A stretch of DNA of 63,947 bases, filler included, from Intoshia linei (Eukaryota; Animalia; Orthonectida), in assembly GCA_001642005.1 (NCBI GenBank). It is 5 parts of 5 records of this genome, joined end to end, with 100 filler letters (N's around TTAATTAATTAA, not from the genome) between each part and the next. Parts side by side here need not be neighbours in the genome. Positions count along the whole stretch, not along the records: positions 36,725 to 59,764 come from LWCA01000578.1; 4 more parts are not named here. The stretch is one strand, 5' to 3'. Below, piece after piece: positions 37,621 through 50,100 of this stretch (positions are counted from its first letter, which is position 1; the number at the start of each line of letters is the position of its first letter). The translations under genes were made by a program, and so were the position numbers. The notes under the pieces are model-generated. The model searched no databases. It was not told the DNA's origin and saw nothing but the letters and a program-made list of their open reading frames with translations.

Positions 37621-39379
37621 ACGGAAAAATTGATCCCAGATGTAACGACGAACGAAGTTGCTTTTGTGGATTTATTACTCATGTCTCCATGCTTTGAAAA
37701 GGTTAAATCAATACACGATACTTTGGACAATATGGTTAAAAACAGCAAACAACAAAATGGAAATCAATTCGTTATAGGTATATTATTTGGTCGGATGTTT
37801 ATCTTTCGAATGTAGACACTAAATCAAGGGTAAATTGGTGACCTTACGTACAGTTTTGTTGTGACAGTTGAAAAATATTTTACTAAAATTTGTTAATATA
37901 AAAAAATATACAACAAAACAGTTAAAATATAAAGCATAAAATGTAATAGAATTATACTTTAAAGGTTTTTGAAAGTGTGAAATTTCACAGAAATGATATA
38001 AAAACTGAAAAAATATAATTTTAAATAAATAAATAAATATTTACAATTATATTTTTTATGGAATTCATGTTATCTAAGATTATTTTTTAGGGTTGAAATT
38101 TTGGTATCAATTTCATACCTTATTAATAATAATTTAACCTTGTCATATGGTGTCAACCCTTCTTCATATTCTGTATGTATTATAATTAATTGTCAAAAAT
38201 AAATGTTAAAAATTACAAAATAATGTCATAATTTAGGTGGTGACTACACTCGATCAATTTTGGACATTGAAGATTGTCAATATCAATACAATCAAACTTT
38301 AAAAATTGTAGATTCAAAATCATTGAATAATGAACAAGTTTTAATGATACAATTTGGCGAATTTTTATTAAAAAAAATGATGATAAAAATTACGGAATAT
38401 GAAGAATTTGGTGTATATTTGATAAAAAAAGATTATAGAAATATACTTTCTAATAAAATAAAGATTGCGGCAGCGTCAGAAATACCTAATAATGGATACC
38501 ATTCAAACTGTTTTAGATATAGTGTATTTTATCAAGAAAAAACCAAAACATTATACGTTAGATTTGAAAGATTTTCCAACATTGGATCTTTTATTTTAAT
38601 ATTGATACATTCTCTCAGTCACATTTTAATTGGAAACATGATTAACGATTATGATGACAATTTTATAAATATTTATTTCGAGGTAACAATTTGATTTATT
38701 ATTTTTAAAAATTTAAAAAATTATGTATACATTAAAGCCGATTATAGTGATCACTTTGGGACAGAACACTTTTGATCACTATTATCGGCTGAAATTTTAT
38801 ACATTTTGATCAACATGTATTGATAATTATAAACGGCTTCTACTGTAATATAAATATTTATATTTAGTTGCTCAAATTTATTCATTTTGAATATTTTGAA
38901 TCGATAAATAAATTAAACAAAAAAATGATTTGTAATGATACTTTTTCTCAAGAAACGGAGAGGTGAATTCAATTTAATCATTAAAAAATATCACAAAATT
39001 TCAAAATATTGTTTTGAGTATTTTATTTAAAGTTTAAAAGATTTCAAATATTTATGTATATTTTATTTAACTGGTTCTCAACAGTGGGCTAATTGGAGCC
39101 TGTGCGTTTTTTTGGAATATTTCATAAATTACATTAATATATTTTTTTATCGACAGTTAAAAAATTTTGTGTCATAATTCATGACTCATGAATATGAAAT
39201 ATAAATCTTTAAAGTAAAAAAATTTGAAAAAAGGAATTCCCTGCCATTTTGTATGACCCGCTAAATTACATTTGAGAATCACGGATTTAAACTAATTTAC
39301 ATGTATTTATGTTAAATTTAGGAAATTATTGAAAAAATCAAAAGAAATGCAAAACATTGATATAAATTTTAAAAATTAA
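37621..39379 (+). CDS. 3' exons of an uncharacterised conserved protein (5'-partial)
   Basis: In-frame GT-AG exons; segment AASEIPNNGYHSNCFRYSVFY..TLYVRFERFSNIGSFILILIHSLSHI..DYDDNF resembles, from memory, the C-terminus of large uncharacterised Cys-rich membrane proteins. Confidence 0.7.
38730..38845. mobile_element. pogo/Tigger-type MITE in an intron
   Basis: TA|CATTAAAGCCGATTATA...TATAAACGGCTTCTACTG|TA. Confidence 0.7.
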
Positions 39380-39647
39380 TAAATAATCATGTATTCAACA
39401 CAAAAATATAGTATAGTGATTAGACAACCCAGTAATATCATGAGAAATATTATGTATCTAACTCTAGCATGTTGTTTTTTCTTGTCTAGGTTTTCATTTT
39501 TTATATACATGAAATCTTCTGCAAACACATTTGATGATATATGTGACGATAAATAAGAAAATGCTCGTACGGAATTATTCCATTTTGTTTTTTTCGTTAG
39601 GTCATCATTCTTTTCTGTAAAAATGTCATGTACCTTAATTTTACTAC
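39376..39647 (-). CDS. Terminal exon of a hypothetical tail-anchored membrane protein
   Basis: TTTTTAG acceptor, then about 90 open codons ending KKKQHARVRYIIFLMILLGCLITILYFCVEYMIIY*; upstream exons not resolved. Confidence 0.55.
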
Positions 39648-40301
39648 CTAAAAAAAGGATATAAATTAAACTTAATTTTTATCTTTTCTTACTTTTCATT
39701 TATCTTTTATTAACTTATTTTATAAATTAAAGCAGCTGTTTTCAAATTGAAAATTAAATAAATAATATAATTCATTTTATAATTGCATTCATTTTATATT
39801 CAAGAGGATGTTAAATTAACTTATACAATCTTTTGGAAGTTGACAAAAAATTTAGTGTATAAAATTGGTTACTAAACTTTAAACTCCACTTTCTAATGAT
39901 ATTTAATTATTATTGCGGAACCCCAAAAATACGTATTAGTATTATTACAAGGTTGTTATTTGTTGCACGATATTTCCATAATCAATCAAAATATATTCTG
40001 TAATTGTTCTAAAATGTTTTGTTCATTTAATATTTATCGTACTCTTTTTTATAAAATATTCAAAAATCAAAGGTTTCGAAGGTATGAAATTAAAATTTTA
40101 TATCATTTATTGATTTTCATTTTAATAGAATAATTACTAATTTAACTACATAATAATGTTTTAATAATTTAAATATTAATACTAAGGAAAACTTTTTATA
40201 ACCTATAAAATAAGAAAAATGTAACCTATAATAAAAAAAATTTTTAAAAATTCAAAATACATGTTTTTTCAGTTCATTTATGTTGGTTAATCATTAACGT
40301 A

Positions 40302-40678
40302 ATGAGTAGACAAAAGGTATTTGACTCAAAAAAGTTATACCATATTAGAATTCTAGAAGGATTTACTGCCTCAAAGCTTTTATTCTAAATTTAGATAAGA
40401 CAGAAATTATGATCGAAGCGTGTAATTTTATATCATATGTATGGAGCAATTGTTGGTTTACATGTCGTGATCAGAAAATAGCTTCCTGGGAACCTCTTGA
40501 ATACCATTTAGGATCTATAATATCACCTAAATACTCTAAAGCATATTGTTGCCTAATTAAACATTGGAATAAAACTATAAAGTTTATGGATATATCTTTC
40601 ACCAATGAGATATGCGAAAGATCTCCTGCTTTGATGGATAACGTTATCCCGACATGCAAAAACTTCAATAATTTATAA
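40302..40678 (+). CDS. Hypothetical Cys/Trp-rich protein of about 115 aa, 2 exons
   Basis: MSRQK plus a 32-nt GT-AG intron (40317-40348) joins in frame to ORF 40409-40678. Confidence 0.45.
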
Positions 40679-43600
40679 AATAGAATTTTAAGTAAATTTA
40701 ATAATTATGTATAAAAAATTCACAATAAAAATATCACAATTTTATTTAAAATTCATTGTTAATTAATTAAAATTTAACGATTTAAATTTTATTCTAAATT
40801 CAAAAATATTAATTGAACCTTATTTGACTTTCCCATAATTAATTTGATTATATGAGTAAGTAATACTCTTACTATGCATATTTAAATAATAATTTGATAT
40901 TGTGTGCTTTTGAGCACCCTTATAAACTTTGGAATGTTTGCTAATCAAAACGAAAACTTTAGTCTTGTCCTATCAAAAATTCATAAATATTGAAATTATG
41001 TCACCCTAATACCTATATTTTTTTAATTAATGTTACTGAAGTCGGAAATTATATATACAAAATAAAGAAAAGCTCAGTATTTATTCATTGTTCACAATTT
41101 AAAATATATAAATATTCTCTATTAACAAATGATTTAATTTTATCAACAACATGTAAATTTATTAATTCAGTAGTAAAATTATGAGGATTTATTAGTAAAA
41201 GTAAAATTATGATAAACCTCAAAGAAAGTAAAGGTAAGTAAATTTTAATGTGCAAAAATAAGCTATCAATTATCTAAATGAAATGTTGACATATTGTAAA
41301 TAATCAAATTCGACAGCCAAAATAACAGATAAAATGGGCGTGGTTCACTAATACGTGTCGGAAATGTCAAAAATTTATTGCATTTTTTTAGATAACCATC
41401 GCGGGCCACAATTTGGCTAACTCTGTTATAAGTATACATCTCCTGTTCATAGTTCCCAAACATTTTTAAACGGAAATTTAGTTTTACATTTAATTTTTCC
41501 GGTTCAACTTAATGTTAAATTTACCAAATTTTTCAGACAGAGGGTGCTCAGTGCATAAGTGGACCAAATTCCCTATCTCGCCAACTTTTTCTAAATTCCA
41601 AGAATTGTGAATTATAGAGAGAATACTGTATAAATAAATAAATAACTGATTTGAATCACAAAATTTTGATAATTCTTGTGGTTTAAATCTAATTTATTTA
41701 ATATATATCAAAGGTCAATTTTATTTTGGAACTATCCGTTATTCTTTTACATTTGATTAATGATTTTTATCTAAATTTTTCATTTTCAAACGTATTGTAA
41801 ATATAAATCAACTATAACATTTTATTATTGCTCTTTTTATTTTGTAGTTCTGTTTCCCAAAGTATAATTTATTATAATGGATTATAAAGGTTTGGCGATT
41901 TAATTTATATCGATTGTATTCAGTTTTAATAGGGGATTTTAAGAAAATTTAAAATTTAAAAAGTTAACGCACACAAAAATGCTGGAAATATGTTGAATCT
42001 AATTATTTGTTTACGAGTTAATAAATTATACGAATAAGTTACGAAAAAGGTACAAATTTTGTCTTTATTTAATAAAGGAAAAATTTCACATTAAAAGTAA
42101 AATGTTGATCATGTCCTGGTTTGAATCAAAAAACAAATCGAAAAGTGAATGTCAGCAGTGGAAAAAATTTAGGATTGAAATATTATTAAAAAGAAAGGTA
42201 CAACCCTCTACGTCATAAAACTAAAGAATTACGATTTCTAAAGATAGAAAAGTATGGATTGAATTGTGCATAGATAAAATATACATAAAATTGTCTATTT
42301 CGGTGTGAATTTTGCACAAAACAATTACTTAACCTTTATTTTAAATATAACATTTTAACTGTACTATTTCATTATTTTTGATCATGTCATTATTTTTATA
42401 GATCAAAATATGGAATGTCAATATCATTAGTATGAAAATTCAGATAATGATAATTTTTAACTTGACATGATCTATATATGTTACATACTGAGTAGTACTC
42501 TACTCAATTCATTTGCCGACGTTTTCAGATACACATGTAAATTTTAGTCGCATTTATGACTAATGCAATTCAAATAAATAATATAATTGACGTTTCAATA
42601 TTTAAATGACTTATACGACACGGCCATTCAATAAATTCAAATTCAACAATAAAAGCGAGTAATTGTACGATACATGAGTCATGTAAAATGACTAAATTAA
42701 TTATTCCTACGAAAAAATATTGAATTAAATTTAATTGCATTAATTGATAAGTTTATTCCACCAATTCATCAATCATTAAAATCCAATCGCAACACCAATA
42801 AATGTTGATCCACCATGCAAGCTAGAGTGGAGCTGAACAATATAACTCGAACCGATCATAACGGACCCTACCATTCTAAATGAATAGGTGGCGTAAGAAA
42901 AAATTTTTGTATGGTGGAGGGGAATTTTTTTTTAATGCGGCAGGATAACTCTGAGAAAAAAGTTTAACAACTGCTAGATGAAAAAATGGATAGAGGAACC
43001 AAAATATTATTTTTAATTTTTAAATATTGAGCCTAAACATTTCATCTGGCTTGGGTTGCCTGTTGGCTCTCGATGGTCTATAACACATGTAAAAAGATTT
43101 TTTGATTGAGAATGCATTTTCATTTTCTCGTTTCTAATGTTCAAAAAAGGTCACGAAAGAATGACAACAAATTCAATATAATTGAGAAAAATATTTTTAC
43201 ATTATTAAATTACCATAATATTTATTTTCTTGTCTTAAACTAAATTGACTGATCAATTGATTTAACCCTGTTCGAAAAGTTTTAAAGAAAAACAAATCAA
43301 ATAAAACCTACATGTAGTCTAAAAAAAATATAAAATATAAATTAAATTAAATATTTTTTGTACTCACTTATAACTTTTATTTAATTGTGATAATAAAAAT
43401 ATCTAGACATAAACTATTTCGGTACACGTGTTTCATCTAGTTATAAACCATCAAAAGTTAATTATATGTCTATGAATTGATATCCAGAACGATACCTTGA
43501 TAAGAGTTGATAACAATTTTATTTGATTGTTTTTTATTTTTAGTGTAAAACAATTCAAATTGCAATGCATTCTTGTATAATAATTGATTAAAAATAATAA

Positions 43601-44139
43601 TTTTAAAATCTAGCCAGCAAAAACTTTTGATTAGTCTTTACAATGACATTGGTAGATTAGAATAATTTATCAACCATAAGAAAAAATGGCCATGCAAATT
43701 TAGACTTAATATATTGTACAATATTAATCCAATCTATTGATATAATTTACATTAATATATCAATTAAACGGCTGAATTTAATTAATTAATTAAATTAATT
43801 AACCTTTAATTGAAATATTATCGACTAGTCATTCAAATATACTTTGAACATGACATTTCTGACATATTTGTGTAGATTTATTCCCATGATCAAAATATAA
43901 TTGACTCCTATTGTATAATTGGTGCAATTAGACATTTATGTACGAGTAGTTTCTTATTGTATTGTCAAGGCTGATATACTCGTTTATTTCGCTAAAATAC
44001 AATATCAATTGATAAGTCATTTCTCATTATACTCTTTACACATCAAAAGTAATATCAATCTGAAAAAAATTTTGGAAGAAAGTGAATACTCACCTATTAC
44101 ATTAAAATTATCTAATAAAATAATTAATTTACTCATCTC

Positions 44140-47100
44140 ATGAGACTGTTAATTCTGCCATTATTTCAATGTTATTTTTTAAACACTTTATCATTTAAAC
44201 CTCAGCCTTCAAGTTCTCAAAATATTCAAGACAGTATTTTTTCAATTTTAATGTCAATATTTTTTCTTTATATTTTCATTTACATTAGTTTATTTAAAAT
44301 TTTATTGTGTGAAATAGATGATTATGCGCCAAAATTCAATTTACATAATTACCAGCTCTCACATATTGTTAAACTTAGTTGGAAGGCACAATTATTGTGC
44401 CCAGTTGACTCCAAACCCAAAGCCACAATTACATGGACCAAAAACAAAAAACCTATTGTAATTGATTTGCAACGGTAATTTCAATTTTAACGTAAAACGC
44501 AAAATTTTTAATTGTTTCAATTTGTTACTTTGAAAAATAGAAAAAGAATTAATACAATTGGTAATCGCAGTTATTAAACGCACTCCTATGTAAGTTCAAA
44601 GTTCGAACCATTTTACAAATCACTATTCTAGTCTATCCATAAAAACGATTTTATATTGATAGTTGATAAAGAAAATTATAAACGTGTCATCAAAAATTTG
44701 ACTTTTATTATAAACAATAATGCATAGTTTTGATATTACATTTTGGTATTTCATTTTATTGTATTGAATTTGGTATCAATGTGTTTTATTATTCTTTTCA
44801 TTAAAATTATATATTTTTCATAAAATTTAATTAAAATTTATTTATGAATTATCAACAGGATTCCCAGAAATATGACATCCACGCAGATTTTTTGTAAATT
44901 GCATTTTATTAAATTGCGTTTACAATTAAATTTGAAATTTTGAAAGTTTTGATTATTTATCCATAGATGAATCCCGGGTAAAAAAGATTTTCTAACATTA
45001 CCTAATAATTTAGAATAGTAGGTTCGTTACATGACCCCTAGTCTTTCCACGGCGATCTGTGTAATATAAAGTTTTTTTATTTGATTAATTAGGAAATTGT
45101 TCAAATTTGATAACAATACAAAATCAATTGAATAAATATGAAGATTCTCCTAATATGGGACATTTGGCCCAAGATAGGAGAAGTCGTGGAGAGGAGGGAT
45201 AGGGCCATATGTCCCGGATTTAATTTTTTAATTTATTAATAGGTAATGTTGGAAAATTTTTTTAAGTGTACTAAAATTATCGTATAATCAAATGTTTAAT
45301 TAACAGTCCAATTAGTTATTTTTAATTTTTAGATAATGAACAAGGGTGGTCGATATACTGGTTTTTATTATCAGCAAAAACAACGCTGGTAACTTTGCTG
45401 GTAACAGCAATTTTTTTTAATGTATAAATGACTAATTTTTAAAATGTAAATTGAATACAATCACGCTTGTGAATCTTATAAATTTTTAATGTTTAGAACT
45501 TAGCCCTCGGAAAATGGAATTTTTCCTTCATGGTTGTTAAAATTTTGGTTTTTTATTTTGTGGTTGGATTAACCTTAGAAACTAGAATACTCAGATATGA
45601 GTAATTTTGTTATTATTGAAATTTGATAACACAGATAACAGATCTGAGTTATCTTATATTTCAATATTATCGCCATTACTCAGATCTGAGTAATGATGGG
45701 CGTGTCGTATTAGCTATTTTATTACTTAGACTCTAAATAAGACTTACTCTTAGTATGCATTTATTATTACGGCTTGTATTTTCCATTTTACAGTATCAAT
45801 TTATATGAGTATTCTGATCTGAGTAATATGGATGGATAAAATTATGAATATTCTCATTCAAGTACTTTTTATTTGGATCAATATTTTTAGGGATACTCAT
45901 CTGAGAACAATTGTTGTACAGTCCGTCCCGCTTTGGGCCAAACCTCGGTGTGGTTATACTCGTGTTTTAGGGTACTTTTTTAGAATTATGTTGATTTTAT
46001 AGCATTTATCACCTTCAACTGTGTTGTACTGTAATAGAAACAAATATAATATCATAATGTATTGCAATAGTTTAAATATTCAATCAAAATTAGATAACTT
46101 ACTAAAACTCCTGATTTTGGGGCACTTTTCAAAAAATGGTGCATAATCCGAGGTCCGACTGTATGATTTAAAATTAAAATTATCGTGATTTAATATACTC
46201 AATGAGTACCCAGAGCCGTCCTAAGCCACTTCGGGCCCTGGGCTAAGCAAAGCGCCGGAGTTTTTTAAAATTTAGGACCCCTGTTTAGAAGACTGGGAAT
46301 ACTGTTTGTTGGAAACTTAGAGTCTTATTTCATTGATTATTAATAAAAGCATTAAAAAATATTATGTAGGTTTCTAGTAACTTTTATTTCTTATACAAAA
46401 ACCTACTTACATTAAAAAACAAAGTTTACTTTTTCATTTAAATACCACTTTCTTTTTTTAATATTTTAACATTTTAATTAAAACTTTTTAGAAAGGTTGT
46501 AATATTCATTTGAAATAGTTTTTTTGTCAATATTATTTTTAATTCTGTATTATCCAATTATCATTAAAATTTGATTATATAAACTTATTTATATAAAGTT
46601 TATATTATAAAAAATTGAAAATTTATAAGAGAAAATCAAAGATTTCCTACTTTTTTTTTTTGAATATTCACTTTAATAGAAAGATTTTAATGTTTAATAT
46701 TATCATTTGAAACAGTTTTTATGTCAATATTATATGATAAACATTGTAGAATATATTTTAAATCGAATTACCAGAATTTTGATTCTTTAAACTATTTTAT
46801 TTCTAGCTATTTGAATTCCCACACTTCAAAACTTATAAACTGATTCTTAAGATATAAATGTGAAGTATTTTTTAATAAATTGGGGGCCTCTTTTTAAGAT
46901 ATAAATGTAAAGTACTTTTATTAATTTGGGGGCCTTTTTTAATGAGGGGCTCTGGGCTACAGCCCATATTGCCCATGCCTTAAAACGGCTCTGTGAGTAC
47001 CATATCATTATCATAAAAAAAAGTGTTTAGGGCGACTCAATACACAATTTGAGATATATATTTTTCTACATAGGCGTGTTTTTAAATTTAAATTATTGAT

Positions 47101-50100
47101 TTTTAAAATATTTTGATATAAATAACATTTGCTTTTGAAATTATTTGCATTTCAATTTTATGCAATAAAATATGGATCGTAGTGTCTAAGGGTTAAGAAT
47201 GTTTTCTTGTAAGGTTTGGTAAAATTGAAATTTTCAAAAAATGTAAGAAAAGATATTTTACCTTACCTTAACAACAGCTTGATAAGATTGAATTTTGGAT
47301 TAAAATTTTGGTAAAATGGGTTTTTTTTTAAGAGTTAGTAAAGTTAGGTTTTTTCTTTTGGGATCAAATAGAGGGGTATAGAGGGGTTATAAAATTTTTA
47401 CCAGCAATGCTATTAACACTTATGATAATGAACAAGAATGATACCAGCAAAATTAATCAATTTTTTAAATACAATTAAATTTTGATGTATAATCACAATT
47501 TTAATTGATAATATACAAGAAAAATTAGCATTAGGATTGGAAATATCATTTTAAAAATTATCAGTACATAACATTTTATTGAGAATGTTATGTAAAATGC
47601 CATTAACCGAAGCTTCAGTTGAAAGAGCCTTTTCTAAACATCGTCAATTTCATAATTATCTAAGAGAAAATCTATCCACAGAAAAATTGAATGATCAATT
47701 GTTTATTCGATACAATTGGGAAAAATTTTATGAATAATCAATTAATTGTAGATTACTACATAATAAATAATATTTTATTTTATTGACACTTTACCATAAT
47801 ATATACATTTATATGTACTGTATTATCATTTAACCTTAACCTTCTTTTATTATTATTATCTTATTGGAAATAGAAATAACACTAGAAATTATTAATCTAA
47901 AATTTCGATTATAAATAATTGTGCTGGTACCATTTTTTTTAATGCTGGTAATAAAAACCAGCAAGCAAATGCGAGTACCAGCACAACTTACATCCTTGCT
48001 TATGACCGTTCAACCTACGTAAACACAAAATAAAAGAAATTTCTCTACTGCTAATTTCGTTACAAAACGTAAAACGCGTTTAAAAAACGTTTAAAATTTG
48101 TAAATTTCAATCTAATATTCGTGTTATTTCATTAATTAAATTTCATTTTGTTTCTAAAATTAATTAAGGTCTCTAAAATTTGTAATGCTTCTATATTATA
48201 TATAAATAAAAATTTTTTATTTTTCTCGGGAAATATAATTTTTAATTTCCCGGTTCTCGACTTTTGTCATTTCCAGTGAAATCACAATATCTAATCATGA
48301 TTTATTAATATTTAATTGTTGTTAGAAGGGAAGAAATTGTAAATATGAATAAATATACCCAGTTTTTTGAGAATCTAGAATTGAAGGAAATTTTGAATGA
48401 ATGTAAGTGCATGTACAAATACTCAATAATAAGATTGTCAATATACTTTGGAAATCAAAAACTGCACTCATCTTTCTAGTAACTAAAATTTTGTAAATTT
48501 AACAATTGTTCGTTTATGATAATAAAATAAAGTTGTGTGTTGTCAATATAACTCCAATTCAAAATTATAGATTTGTAACTTACAAGTTGTAATTTAAATT
48601 TTAACTTAAAATGATTCTAAAACCACTCAATTTAATAAGAAAGTAAACATCAATCTCATTGAATTAATGATTAATGGCTGATAGAAATAGGTAAAGTACA
48701 AACTGTATGTAGTTTCAAAAAGTGGTTGAATTTATCATCGTGATATTGGACGTGAACTTAGTTAACCTTATCACTTCAATTAAATGCCTAAAATAACTAA
48801 ATTACTAATTCAAAATTAATAATTACTGGAATTTAAGCTATTTATGACAATTTTAGGATTGTACTGTTTTTACACTAGTTTAAACATTATACAGTAGGGA
48901 TACTGAATAATGTGAAAATACGGGTCGTGCTGAAACAAGTTTATGAACCACCCCTTTAAAAGATTGATAATAGTGAATGGTAACATTTTGAAGTTAGAAA
49001 TTCTCATTGAATTTAATTTTTTGTAGAATAAAAATGTCCCCCCTCGGCAGATCTATATATAGGTGATATTTGTACGTAGTACATAACAGTCAACCTAGTA
49101 TTATAATAAAACGGTAACACACATTTTATGGATTTAATGCAGTGCTTTCCAATTCATTTTGGTTGGCGACACACATTTCAATCTGAAAACTTTTTGCGAC
49201 ACACCAATTTAAAAATATTGGTCCGTTGAAACGAAATTTTTTTATAATAATTTCAAAATAAATATAAAATTAATGCTCCACTATTAACCTGTGTCCAAAA
49301 ACACCTTTTTTTGATTAAACAAAAAATAGCCCACGGGAAAAGATGAGAAATTTTGTGTATGTTACGAATATCCATTTGAAAATATTTGAAATCAAAAAAG
49401 ACCACGGACTTTTGCCCTAAATGTCCTTTAAAAAAATGAAAATAGTGTCAAAATTCATACTAAATTTATAATTGAAGCTTATTAAATTAAATAATTCATA
49501 ATTAATTTTTCGCTATAATGTAAATTAAATTTTTCTCTATCAGATAAAGATTTAAAGTAAAAAAATAATATAGCTAAATCACCACAAAAATTACTTTAAG
49601 ATGTATATTGTTGTAAAAAATATATAAGAAAATAAGGAAAATAAATATATAATTTTACAAAGAATAAATTTACAATATTTAATTTTTCAGTTTAATCTCA
49701 TTTCAGGGTCATTGAAATATCTAATCAAAACGTGTTCCAAATTTTGAAGTGATTTAGAGTGGTNATAAATAATTGTGCTGGTACCATTTTTTTTAATGCT
49801 GGTAAGAAAAACCAGCAAGCCCATGCGGGTACCAGAAAAACTCACATCCTTGATAATGAATGATCGATTAAACAATGTATAGAGGTCCCAGTTTTAAAAA
49901 ATTTTATAGGGACTTACAATTTTCATCTGACCGGGCCTACTGCTGGCCATTCACGGTCCTGGCCCAACGGCCACTAAAAAAATATAAGATCATATAAAAA
50001 ATTACATTAAAAAACACTATTTTTAGAATGATGATAACGGAAAGAGCTTTTATAATAAAAAATACTGAATTTAATGACACTGGTTTATATGAATGCACCG

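Larger units (their letters stand above)
45341..49852 (+). mobile_element. Composite/nested hAT element occupying most of the large FGFR intron
   Basis: CAAGGGTG...CATCCTTG ends with perfect TSD ATAATGAA (45333-45340 and 49853-49860); GCTGG/CCAGC subterminal repeats. Confidence 0.75.
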
